A DNA stretch of 24,929 bases from a virus (IMGVR_UViG_3300037755_000760:1-24929); one strand, 5' to 3'; counted from the first letter of the stretch, positions 7,202 to 15,607 are shown. Translations and numbers: made by a program. Notes: generated by a model not told the origin, from the sequence alone.

Positions 7202-8527
7202 ATGCGTTATTCCATCCGTGCCGAGGCGGGTAAGCCCATCGAGCTCGACATCCTGGATGTGATTGCCGATGGCTGGTTCGGGGTGTCCGCACGGAATGTC
7301 GTGGCGCAACTCCGAAACAGTCAGGCGGAGACCATCAAGGTCAGGATCAACTCGATCGGCGGCGAGGTCACCGAGGGCTTCGCAATCTACGAGCTCCTGA
7401 AGGAGGCACCCGCGAAGGTGGAGGTTGAGATCCTGGGTCTCGCCGCATCGGTCGCCAGCTTGATCGCGATGGCGGGGGACAAAATCTCGATCGGCGAGGG
7501 AGGGTTCGTGATGATCCACAACCCGACCGGGTTCCTTAGTGGAGAGTCGGACGACTTCCGCCGGATCGCGGATCTACTCGACAACATGCAATCCGTGCTC
7601 GCCGACGTGTACGTTGCGCGCACGGGGCAGTCTCGCGACGACGTGCTGAAGTGGATGGACGCCGAGACTTACATGACGGCCACGCAGGCCCTCGAGCGCG
7701 GATTCGTCGACTACGTCATTCCAGCGAAGAAGAAGCCAAAGAAGAAGCCCAAGGCCGCGGCGTCTGCCTTCGCGATCTTCAACGAGGCCGACCTCGAGGG
7801 CGCACCCGAAGAACTACTCGCGGCCGTGAGAGACGCGCACGCTGCTCCCACGGCTGATCCGACTCCGACTCCGACTCAAGACCCACCCGCTCCGGACAGG
7901 GGCGGCGCAACAAAGCCGAAGGAAAAAGCCATGCTCGCGAACATCACCAAGCTTTTGGCCCTGTCCGATGACGCCGACGAGGGCACGGTTCTCGCCGCGA
8001 TCAACAAACTGAAGGTCTCCGCCAAGGTCGGCGCAGACGTCGAGACGCTCGTCGGGGCGTCGGGCCCTGCGGCGCTCGGCGCCGTGCGCGCGCTCAAGGT
8101 GGCCCAGGAGGCGAATGCCGAGCTCGCGACCAAGGTCGCCCAGCTTCAAGTCGTGAACGCACGTCGGGACTTCGAGTCCGCGCGCGATCAGGGACTGAAG
8201 GACAAGAAGCTCACCCCCGCGGTGGCAACGATGTACACCGATCGATTCGAAGGCTGCCTGAAGGACGAGTCGGTCAGCGCCGACGCCCGGGCTGCCAGCG
8301 CAGAAGCCGTGGCCGGGGACCTGAAGGGCTTCCTCGCAGTCGCTCCGCGCATCGTCAACGTGAGCCTCGTCCAGCCGCCTCCCCGCGGCGGCGAGGGCGG
8401 ATCGACGCAGCACAACGGCAAGGCGTTCGAGGCCATGAACGGTCCCGAGCGGAGGCGGCTGAAGGACGAGAATCCAGACCTCTACCAGACGATGCGCGAC
8501 GACGCGCTCTCGCGCCGCGCGATCTGA
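7202..8527 (+). CDS. ClpP-type prohead maturation protease fused to scaffold-like region
   Basis: RINSIGG, catalytic Ser in GLAASVAS, His in MIHNP, and WMDAETYMTATQALERGFVD; then a Lys/Pro-Thr linker and a helical C-terminal half. Confidence 0.92.
   Translation: MRYSIRAEAGKPIELDILDVIADGWFGVSARNVVAQLRNSQAETIKVRINSIGGEVTEGFAIYELLKEAPAKVEVEILGLAASVASLIAMAGDKISIGEGGFVMIHNPTGFLSGESDDFRRIADLLDNMQSVLADVYVARTGQSRDDVLKWMDAETYMTATQALERGFVDYVIPAKKKPKKKPKAAASAFAIFNEADLEGAPEELLAAVRDAHAAPTADPTPTPTQDPPAPDRGGATKPKEKAMLANITKLLALSDDADEGTVLAAINKLKVSAKVGADVETLVGASGPAALGAVRALKVAQEANAELATKVAQLQVVNARRDFESARDQGLKDKKLTPAVATMYTDRFEGCLKDESVSADARAASAEAVAGDLKGFLAVAPRIVNVSLVQPPPRGGEGGSTQHNGKAFEAMNGPERRRLKDENPDLYQTMRDDALSRRAI
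7931..8527 (+). CDS. Probable nested in-frame scaffold protein (internal start)
   Basis: AAGGA at 7919-7923 precedes ATG 7931, right after the linker (MLANITKLLALSDDADEGTVLAAINKL). Confidence 0.6.
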   Translation: MLANITKLLALSDDADEGTVLAAINKLKVSAKVGADVETLVGASGPAALGAVRALKVAQEANAELATKVAQLQVVNARRDFESARDQGLKDKKLTPAVATMYTDRFEGCLKDESVSADARAASAEAVAGDLKGFLAVAPRIVNVSLVQPPPRGGEGGSTQHNGKAFEAMNGPERRRLKDENPDLYQTMRDDALSRRAI

Positions 8528-8564
8528 TCTTCAGCTACTCAAAAACCAACAGAACAACAATTCC

Positions 8565-8626
8565 GCCGTAGGCGAGGCCGGCCCGAAGCTGGATTCGTCA
8601 ACGGACAGATCTGTCCCCCTACCGGC
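8565..8626 (+). promoter_or_regulatory. Candidate structured leader/operator upstream of the capsid gene
   Basis: An outer stem GCCGTAGG/CCTACCGGC encloses a hairpin and the perfect palindrome GGACAGATCTGTCC (8603-8616). The AGGAG RBS follows. Confidence 0.45.
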
Positions 8627-8646
8627 AGTCCAGGAGTTTTCAGGCC

Positions 8647-9885
8647 ATGGCCATCACTACGCAGTCCGACATGATCGACGTCCAAATCCTGATGGACGTG
8701 GTCCGCGGCGTCTTCAAGGGCAAAAACGCATTCATGGGATCGCCCCTGGTCTCTGCTGGTGCCGTCCGCGTCTCGGGGACGATGCCGAACCGTGGGCAGA
8801 GCGCAATCGGCAAGAAGGTCGACATCCCGTACTTCGGGTCGCTGGGAGAGTTCCTGCAGAACTCCGACGGAAACTCCGTCACGCCAAGCAAGCTCGGGCA
8901 ATTGCTCGAGCAAGCGACGATCGATCGCCACTCGCTGGCCGTGGAAGTCAGCCGCTGGGCGCAGGGTGTCGGCGCCATCGACCCTGCGGTGGGTGACCCC
9001 TACGACGAGGCAGCGCGGCAAATCATGACGGCCGCGGAACGGGCGATGGACGGCATCATCGTCACCGAATACGCGACGACGCCGCTCGTAGTCGACGTGT
9101 ACAGCGCATCGAGTCCGGTGTACCTCGACTGGGACCTCATCCAGGACGCCACCACGCTCTGGGGCGACGAGCAGGACGGGATCGTGGCCATGGCGATCCA
9201 CAGCCAGGGGCGCGCCGACCTGGCCAAGCTGAAGGACAACACGGGAAGGTTGCTGTGGGAGGTCGATCAGAAGGTCGGTCAGCAGCAGCTCAGGACCTTC
9301 GGCGGTGTGCCCTTGACGGTTTCCGACCGAGTCCCCCTCACCGGCTCGACGATGGGAACGGTCGTGTCGGCGGGCACGTCTCCGCCCGTCGCTACGCTTG
9401 CTGGTACGCCGCTCGGCCCGTGGAAGCTCTTCATCGACGCGATCACCGGCGATGCGACGACGTTGACGTTCCGGTTTTCGACGGACGGCGGCAACACGTG
9501 GTCGGCGACCTTGACCGCCGCCGACGACGGTGTCCCCGTTGCTCTCATCGACACGGCCACGGATTCTCTCGTGGGCGTCAACGGCAAGACGGGGCTCACG
9601 GTCGCGTTCGCGTCCGGGACGTTCAACGCGGACAACACATGGAAGGCGCAAGCCAACCTGAAGGTGACGGAGCTCATCTGCCAGGTCGACGCTGGCGCGT
9701 TCTGGTACAACGCCAATGCGCTGGGGCTGAAGTCGGACGAGGACATCCTGGCCGACACAGATATCACCGCGTCGCATCTCTACCACGCGCCCAAGCTCTA
9801 CCGCCGGCGCCGTGGCGGGTCGCGGCCTGGCGTGGTCGCGATCAAGCACAACGTTCGTGGATTCGTCGGCGTGGTCACGTTCTAA
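8647..9885 (+). CDS. Major capsid protein (HK97-fold expected) with ~100-aa insertion
   Basis: AGGAG RBS, position after the protease, and motifs GKKVDIPYFGSLGE, GDPYDEAARQI, AMAIHSQ, TFGGVPLTVSDRVP. Confidence 0.88.
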   Translation: MAITTQSDMIDVQILMDVVRGVFKGKNAFMGSPLVSAGAVRVSGTMPNRGQSAIGKKVDIPYFGSLGEFLQNSDGNSVTPSKLGQLLEQATIDRHSLAVEVSRWAQGVGAIDPAVGDPYDEAARQIMTAAERAMDGIIVTEYATTPLVVDVYSASSPVYLDWDLIQDATTLWGDEQDGIVAMAIHSQGRADLAKLKDNTGRLLWEVDQKVGQQQLRTFGGVPLTVSDRVPLTGSTMGTVVSAGTSPPVATLAGTPLGPWKLFIDAITGDATTLTFRFSTDGGNTWSATLTAADDGVPVALIDTATDSLVGVNGKTGLTVAFASGTFNADNTWKAQANLKVTELICQVDAGAFWYNANALGLKSDEDILADTDITASHLYHAPKLYRRRRGGSRPGVVAIKHNVRGFVGVVTF

Positions 9886-10154
9886 TGATCACCGGACGTC
9901 GAATTCGGGAGCGCCAGCGGCGCTCCGACGAGGCGGCCGCAGCCGAGCAAGAGCGGCTTGCGGCTCGGCTTGAGGCCCGGCGCGCGGCAGACCGCGACAC
10001 GGAGATCGCGGCGTCGCGCTCGGTACCGCCGCCAGAGGATCCGCCGCCCGAAGCGCCCGCCCTGGAGACGGAACCGGTGACGGAGGACCCGCCAGAGGAT
10101 CCGCCGCCAGAACGCCGAAGCTCAGGGCGGGGCGGAAAATCATCGCGTCGCTGA
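9885..10154 (+). CDS. Low-complexity charged/Pro-rich hypothetical protein
   Basis: TAATG overlap with the capsid stop. Duplicated CCGCCAGAGGATCCGCCGCC encodes PPEDPPP twice. Confidence 0.6.
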   Translation: MITGRRIRERQRRSDEAAAAEQERLAARLEARRAADRDTEIAASRSVPPPEDPPPEAPALETEPVTEDPPEDPPPERRSSGRGGKSSRR

Positions 10155-10173
10155 CCCCCCTCACCCGCCGGGC

Positions 10174-10440
10174 ATGTCCGAGATCAAGCGTCCTCGGCGC
10201 TACTACCTCCACAAGCGCCTTCAAGCGGCGCTGTATGAGGAAAGCGACATCGAGCTCACGTGGCAAGCCAAGCAAGAATCGGAGCCGGGGACACCGCTGC
10301 CCACGTCATTCCCACACCGCGCTGCGCTCGCCGCGTTCGGATACACGACCACTGAAGACCTTGACGGCGCCGACGCTGACGAGCTCTTGCGAGTCGGGTT
10401 TAGTACTGACGACGCAAAAGCAATCATCGAGGCGCTTTGA
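10174..10440 (+). CDS. Small protein with helix-hairpin-helix-like C-terminus
   Basis: ALAAFGYTTTEDLDGADADELLRVGFSTDDAKAIIEAL resembles NusA-CTD/RadA-N-type HhH motifs. Confidence 0.65.
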   Translation: MSEIKRPRRYYLHKRLQAALYEESDIELTWQAKQESEPGTPLPTSFPHRAALAAFGYTTTEDLDGADADELLRVGFSTDDAKAIIEAL

Positions 10441-10461
10441 GCGCCACTCCGGAGACCCTCC

Positions 10462-11013
10462 ATGTCTACAGCAAACGACGGCCACTACTACGAGCACAGG
10501 AACGTCATCCAAATCTCGCTCGACGATTGGCGAGAGGTCACGACGGCCGGCGCCGTCGGAAATCAAGCGACGGCAGCCGGAGGAATTCTCGCTTCGGACA
10601 CCACTCCGATCATGGGAGCGGAGGCGACGACCGAGGCGCGGGCCATCATCTGGGCCGCCGGAAACTCGGACATCATCGCGTCGAGCTGGACTCTCCCGCC
10701 GGACTTTTCCGGCAAGGACGACGTACTCGTGGAGCTCTGGGTTCTCACCGACAACGCCGGAGGCGGCGGGATCGAAGCCGCAACGTTCTCCGTGCTTTCG
10801 AGCTGGGACAATGGTGCTCAGGTGACGGACACGGCCACGGATGGGGTTCCGGCGACGACGGCCCACAAGATCACGGCTACGATCGCAGCCGGAGACGTTC
10901 CGGACGATGCCAGGTTCCTGAACCTTCAGCTGGTACTCGGGACGCACGCCAACGACCCCGTGCACCTGCTCGCCGCTGCCCTGAGCTACGTGCCGAAGTT
11001 GAAAGCGGCGTAA
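10462..11013 (+). CDS. Hypothetical virion protein, beta-rich (possible decoration/fibre domain)
   Basis: GGAG RBS, alternating beta-strand pattern, Thr/Ala/Gly/Asp-rich; lies between capsid and neck genes. Confidence 0.7.
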   Translation: MSTANDGHYYEHRNVIQISLDDWREVTTAGAVGNQATAAGGILASDTTPIMGAEATTEARAIIWAAGNSDIIASSWTLPPDFSGKDDVLVELWVLTDNAGGGGIEAATFSVLSSWDNGAQVTDTATDGVPATTAHKITATIAAGDVPDDARFLNLQLVLGTHANDPVHLLAAALSYVPKLKAA

Positions 11014-11020
11014 CCGCCGG

Positions 11021-11719
11021 ATGGCCGACCCCAAGGCGATCACGCTCAACGCTCTCGGCGAGGTCACAGCCGACGGCCAGGGCGCTGGCGTCGAGCTCGA
11101 CGTGCTGCATCGTGCCGCAAAGGTCGAGCTCGAGATTGCCGAGGCCGCGGGCGAAATCACGGTCACGATCGAGACGGCGCCAGAAGCGGCTGGCCCGTGG
11201 CGTCGAGGCCTCGAGTTCGACCCGCTGGCACAGCCCGGAACCTACGAGCTTTGTGTCGACGGTTTGTCCCGATGGGTGCGCGCCACGTGGGTCACCAGCG
11301 CGACCGTGACCTTCGCCGTGGCCGGCTCCGCCCACGTCCTCTACGCGGACGTTCGGGAAATCTCGCTACCAGGCGCAGCAATTCGCAACCTCGAGCGGAG
11401 CGCGCTCGTCAAGGCCGCGATCGACGCCACAGGCGAAGCGGAAACATATCTAGCGAGCGCCTACACGCTGCCGCTCGTGGCCTGGCCGGACGAGCTACGG
11501 CGAAAGATCGGGCACCTCATGGCCTACGAGGTGATGAGGATTCGCGGGTTTCAGCCGCAGGGTCCGGACGAGATCCTCTTGCTTGACCGAGACAAGGCGA
11601 TCACGTGGCTGAACCGGATCGCCAACGGCGGGCTACGTCCACCGGGAATCGTCGACTCGACGCCCGAGGAATACGAACCGGGAGCAGTCGTGGTCAGCCG
11701 CCCGCGGCGCGGTTGGTAG
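11021..11719 (+). CDS. Head-tail adaptor (Mu gp36/DUF1320-like) with extra N-terminal beta domain
   Basis: The C-terminal half has YAD..., DATGEAETYLASAYTLPL...PDELRR...DKAITWLNRIANG. Confidence 0.8.
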   Translation: MADPKAITLNALGEVTADGQGAGVELDVLHRAAKVELEIAEAAGEITVTIETAPEAAGPWRRGLEFDPLAQPGTYELCVDGLSRWVRATWVTSATVTFAVAGSAHVLYADVREISLPGAAIRNLERSALVKAAIDATGEAETYLASAYTLPLVAWPDELRRKIGHLMAYEVMRIRGFQPQGPDEILLLDRDKAITWLNRIANGGLRPPGIVDSTPEEYEPGAVVVSRPRRGW

Positions 11720-11972
11720 CTCCGCCCGATTCGAGCCAACGCGCTTGCAGCCACTCGCCGACTCTGCGCGCAAGCGAAAGACTGATCGGCTCCCCCTGAA
11801 ACGCATCAGAGAGCGCCTCGCTCGTCACGGGATCGACGGCGCCGTCGATGGACACTTCCGGTCGCTGACCGTAGCCGTCGCCCTCCAACACTCGAAGCGT
11901 GTAGCGAGTCCCCGGAATCCCGACCGGGTCGCGCACCGAATCGATTTCACTGACCTCGAAGATCGACCGCAT
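11694..11972 (-). CDS. Hypothetical protein on the opposite strand (moron-like)
   Basis: Fills the 267-bp gap between two neck genes. Composition is balanced and protein-like, but there is no clear RBS. Confidence 0.45.
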   Translation of the reverse strand: MRSIFEVSEIDSVRDPVGIPGTRYTLRVLEGDGYGQRPEVSIDGAVDPVTSEALSDAFQGEPISLSLARRVGEWLQARWLESGGATNRAAGG

Positions 11973-11986
11973 CGGCCAAAGCTACC

Positions 11987-12565
11987 ATGGCCCGCTCCGG
12001 CCTCACCGGCGACTTCGGCAAGCTCCGCAGGATGGCCGGCTCGCTCCAACGGCTCGGCGGCGCATCGACGGTCCGCGCACTCGCGCTGAACCTCGCCGAG
12101 GAGTCGATCGAGCGCATTCAGGAAGGCTTCGCCGGCCAGCGTGACCCCTACGGCCGGCGCTGGCGGAAGAAGGTATTCCCCGACGGGCGCCCCGTCCTCG
12201 TCGGCAAGACGGCCCGGCTGCGCCGCGGCTGGCACGTAGCGTCCGCGACGGCCCACGGCTTCCGGGTGTCGCCGTCCGTCTGGTACGCGATCACCAAGCA
12301 GCGGGGCTCTGGAATCTACGGCCCGCACGGCCGGCGCATTCGAGCCCGCGGCGGCGCGCGTCTCGGTGTCGGCGTGAGCGGCCCGCGGAGCTCGCGCGCT
12401 CTCGCGATACCGCTCCCGAGCGGCGGCACGCTTTTTCGCCGGTCGGTCGCCGGCGAGCGCCCGCGCCTGATGGTCCCGACGCGTTCGCGCGGTCTGCCGC
12501 GGGCGTGGCGCCTCTCGTTCGTGCACGTCGCCAAAGACTTCATCCGCTCTCGCCTGTCCACCTGA
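11987..12565 (+). CDS. Phage virion morphogenesis protein (Mu gpG/P2 S-like)
   Basis: FAGQRDPYGRRW...LVGKTARLRRG...YAITKQRG...RPRLMVP; very basic. Confidence 0.8.
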   Translation: MARSGLTGDFGKLRRMAGSLQRLGGASTVRALALNLAEESIERIQEGFAGQRDPYGRRWRKKVFPDGRPVLVGKTARLRRGWHVASATAHGFRVSPSVWYAITKQRGSGIYGPHGRRIRARGGARLGVGVSGPRSSRALAIPLPSGGTLFRRSVAGERPRLMVPTRSRGLPRAWRLSFVHVAKDFIRSRLST

Positions 12566-13083
12566 TGGATCCCCTCGAGGAGAAGATCCGGAGCTGCCAC
12601 GCTCGCCTCGAGGAGCTCGCAGAATCCGTCATCGAGCTCGCGATCGGCAACCTCGAGAAGAACCTCCACGGCGCGCCACCGCGCGTGACGTGGGAGGAGC
12701 AGGGCGGAGAGACGCGCCTGGCTCGAGGCGGCGGGGGCGCCGAGGCGGAAGGTGCCGAGCTCGAGGCGGAGTTCGTACGCTTCGCGATCGCGCTCTGGTT
12801 CGAGGACGTCGCGACGTGCCGAGAGCGCAAGGACGAGCTCAAGAACGCCATCCGTCTCGAGTGGGGACCCGCCAACTACCAGATGGGCCCCTACGACGCC
12901 GTCTCGCAGCACAACGGCGCGTGGGAGCACGCAGGAAAGCTCTTCACGCTCATGGTGAGCGTCCGCTACGCCGTGCCGCTCATGGACCCGCGCGTGACAC
13001 CGCGCACCATCGAAGGGCACCAGGGGACGATCACGATGGAGGACGTCGACGCGATCGTGACGGGCGGAACCGCAGTCCCCTAG
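12565..13083 (+). CDS. Putative tail completion/terminator protein
   Basis: TGATG overlap at 12563-12567. Acidic 172-aa protein located before the sheath; function inferred from position. Confidence 0.55.
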   Translation: MDPLEEKIRSCHARLEELAESVIELAIGNLEKNLHGAPPRVTWEEQGGETRLARGGGGAEAEGAELEAEFVRFAIALWFEDVATCRERKDELKNAIRLEWGPANYQMGPYDAVSQHNGAWEHAGKLFTLMVSVRYAVPLMDPRVTPRTIEGHQGTITMEDVDAIVTGGTAVP

Positions 13084-13095
13084 CCGAGGAAGACC

Positions 13096-13521
13096 ATGGA
13101 CGACGAATCCAACGCCACAACCGACGACCTGGCGGTCCCGAAGTCGAAGTCGAGCCGCGGAGCTCGCGCACCCGATCCGCCCCCGACGCTGCCGTCCGCC
13201 GACGGCTTAGCGACGCCCATCGATCACGCGCGCGCCACGGGCAACGTCACGCGTCGCGCCGTCGACCCGCGGCGGACGTTCGTGGTGTCGCTCGGCGGCT
13301 CCCGCGTCCCAAGCGAGACTCTGAGCTGGCAGCACCGGACCGCCGAAACGCTGCACGGCTGGCGTGACCACGAATACCACGCGGGCGCGCCCATCCGGAT
13401 CACGCGCCAGGCGTACCTGGCCGCGCTCGACGCCATCACGGCTCCCGACAAGCTCGGCATCTACACCCCGCACGCCGCAGCCCTCTCTCCCCACGCCCCC
13501 ATCGCCAAGCAGCAGGGATAA
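13096..13521 (+). CDS. Hypothetical pre-sheath protein
   Basis: GAGGA RBS. C-terminal GW...ITRQAYLAAL resembles small proteins that precede sheath genes. Confidence 0.65.
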   Translation: MDDESNATTDDLAVPKSKSSRGARAPDPPPTLPSADGLATPIDHARATGNVTRRAVDPRRTFVVSLGGSRVPSETLSWQHRTAETLHGWRDHEYHAGAPIRITRQAYLAALDAITAPDKLGIYTPHAAALSPHAPIAKQQG

Positions 13522-13524
13522 TCG

Positions 13525-15024
13525 ATGGTCTACCCTCCCCAGCAAACGATCAACGTCCGGTCGAACGGCATCGGCCTCACGGGCGCGAACGTCGTCCTTC
13601 CGCTCGTCATCGGCCACACCTCGGCCGGAACGCCGGACACGCTCTACCAGTACACCGACCCGCAGAAGCTCAAGGACGAGCAGGGGCACGGCGCGGGCGT
13701 CGAGGTGGCGCTCGGTCAGGTGCTTGGCGGCGCCGGCGGTTGCTTGCTCCTGGTCCCCACGGCGTCCACGGCGGGCGCCGCGGGCTCGGTGACCAAGACG
13801 GCCGCAGGAAGCGGCACCGGCACCGTCACGGTCGCGGGGGAGCCCTACCTCCCATTCCGCGTGAAGGTGCGGATTCGACTCGGAGGCGTGCTCGGAGCGG
13901 CCAAGTTCGACTTCACGCTCGACGACGCGGGAGACGACCTTCTGAGCACGTTCTCGGCCGTGCGCACGGTGCCTTCGGGCGGGACGTTCGCCATCCCCGG
14001 GACGAACCTCACGCTGACGTTCGTTCCTGGCGCCGGGACGCCCACGACCTACGACACGGGCGACACCCACACGTTCGTCTGCACGGCGCCGCAGTACACG
14101 ACGAGCGACCTCGGGACCGCGGTGACGGCCCTGCTCGACCAGATCGGCGTCCGCAAGATCCGTAGGGTCTTCGGCACTCACGAGAGCGCGAGCGGTTCCG
14201 CCGGCGCCACGATGGCGACCGCCTTCGCGACGCATCTCCAGACGCTCGAAGGTAAAGCCTACTTCGCCCGCGCCATGGTGGGCGCCGGGAGCGACACGGC
14301 CGCCAACGTCATCAGCGGATTCGCCTCGTTCGCGGACGACCGCGTAGCGGTCTGCCACGGGCTCGGCGAGATGGTGGCGCTCGACGCCTTCGAGGGCTGG
14401 GGCGTGCCGCGCGTACCGGCGAGCTGGATCGTCGCGCGCCGGGAGGCCGCGACGTCGCTCTCGGAAAACCTCGGGCGTCGCCTGTCCGGGAACCTGTCCG
14501 GATTCGTACGCGCCATTCGCGGCACCGCCGGGGCCTGGGGCTACGACGAGGAGCTCGACGGCGCGTTCAGCGAAGACGACCGCATCATCACGCTCACGAG
14601 CCAGCGCGGGCGCCCGGGCTTCTGGGCAACGAACGGCTTTCTCAAGAGCGCGCCCGGCTCGGACTTCAAGTTCTGGCACTGGGGCAAGGTCGTGGACATC
14701 GCGTCCGAGGTCATCAAGGACGAGCAAGACAAGGACCTCTTGCGCAGCGTGCGGACGATCGTGAAGGGTGCGATCAATCCGCTCGACCCGCGCGAAGCCG
14801 ACGCCATCAACCAGCGCGTGCGCCAAGCGCTCGCGGCGGCGCTCTCGGATCCGCCGAACGCGGAGGGAGAGAAGGGACACGTCACGGCGTTCTCGTACGC
14901 CGTCGACGAGACCGTCGACTTCATCGGCAGCGGCATCTACTTCTCCAACTTCAACGCGATTCCGCTCCGAGACATCGAGGGAATCGTCACCAACATCGGA
15001 CTCGCGCGGCGCCTGGCCGCGTAA
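13525..15024 (+). CDS. Contractile tail sheath protein (DUF2586-like)
   Basis: 499 aa; RIITLTSQRGRPGFWATNGFLKSAPGSDF...KVVDIA and C-terminal IPLRDIEGIVTNIG; precedes the tube gene. Confidence 0.85.
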   Translation: MVYPPQQTINVRSNGIGLTGANVVLPLVIGHTSAGTPDTLYQYTDPQKLKDEQGHGAGVEVALGQVLGGAGGCLLLVPTASTAGAAGSVTKTAAGSGTGTVTVAGEPYLPFRVKVRIRLGGVLGAAKFDFTLDDAGDDLLSTFSAVRTVPSGGTFAIPGTNLTLTFVPGAGTPTTYDTGDTHTFVCTAPQYTTSDLGTAVTALLDQIGVRKIRRVFGTHESASGSAGATMATAFATHLQTLEGKAYFARAMVGAGSDTAANVISGFASFADDRVAVCHGLGEMVALDAFEGWGVPRVPASWIVARREAATSLSENLGRRLSGNLSGFVRAIRGTAGAWGYDEELDGAFSEDDRIITLTSQRGRPGFWATNGFLKSAPGSDFKFWHWGKVVDIASEVIKDEQDKDLLRSVRTIVKGAINPLDPREADAINQRVRQALAAALSDPPNAEGEKGHVTAFSYAVDETVDFIGSGIYFSNFNAIPLRDIEGIVTNIGLARRLAA

Positions 15025-15036
15025 GGAGCGCGCCTC

Positions 15037-15597
15037 ATGGCAGAGCTGAAGCGAACCTCTTTCGACTTCGCGGCGAAGGAGGTCTCGATCGAATTCGCGA
15101 ACCCCGAGGCAAAGCGGCGGCTCTCCACCGACCCGACCGCCGTCGAGTCCATCGAGTACTCGGCGAGCAACGAGCGGGAGGTGCGTCACGGCGGATCGCG
15201 ACTGCCGCAGCTCCGGAGCGATGGACAGTGGTCGTTCTCCGGGTCGCTCACGGCCTACCGGTACTACTTCCAGTACATCTGCGAGGAAGCACGCGAGGCC
15301 GGCGTCCCGCTGATGCGGCTCGAGCTCACGATCGGCGTGACGTTCTTCGACGAGGGTGGGCAAAGCCTCTTCACCGACACGCTGACCCGCGTAGCCCTCG
15401 ACGGGATCGAAAACTCCATGAGCGAAGGCTCAGAGCTCATCATGGTCACGATGCCGCTGAACCCCTTCAACATCTTTTTCCAGGGCGAAGACATCGAGGG
15501 GAACAAGCTCGGCACCGGTGCGCCCACGGGCGGCGGCTCCGGCGGCATCGGCCGGGGCGGCTCACCGGGCATCGGCGGGCAACTGATCTTCCCGTAA
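15037..15597 (+). CDS. Tail tube protein
   Basis: AAGGAG RBS; follows the sheath; beta-rich (ESIEYS...G....FSGSLT...TDTL) with a Gly-rich C-terminal tail. Confidence 0.78.
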   Translation: MAELKRTSFDFAAKEVSIEFANPEAKRRLSTDPTAVESIEYSASNEREVRHGGSRLPQLRSDGQWSFSGSLTAYRYYFQYICEEAREAGVPLMRLELTIGVTFFDEGGQSLFTDTLTRVALDGIENSMSEGSELIMVTMPLNPFNIFFQGEDIEGNKLGTGAPTGGGSGGIGRGGSPGIGGQLIFP

Positions 15598-15607
15598 GCG
15601 AGGACGC

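Noticed and set aside
7859-7878. Short tandem repeats (CCGACT x3; also GACAGC near 1309-1323 and the duplication at 10029-10108) as CRISPR or regulatory arrays
   Set aside because: They are codon-phased, encode low-complexity linkers (PTPTPT, DSDSD, PPEDPPP), and have no spacers.
13207-15363. 718-aa minus-strand ORF, and similar long antisense ORFs (4401..5708, 8539..9849, 16585..17724, 19222..20589)
   Set aside because: Shadow frames of high-GC + strand genes; Arg/Gly-rich with no recognisable motifs, lying opposite clearly identifiable structural genes.
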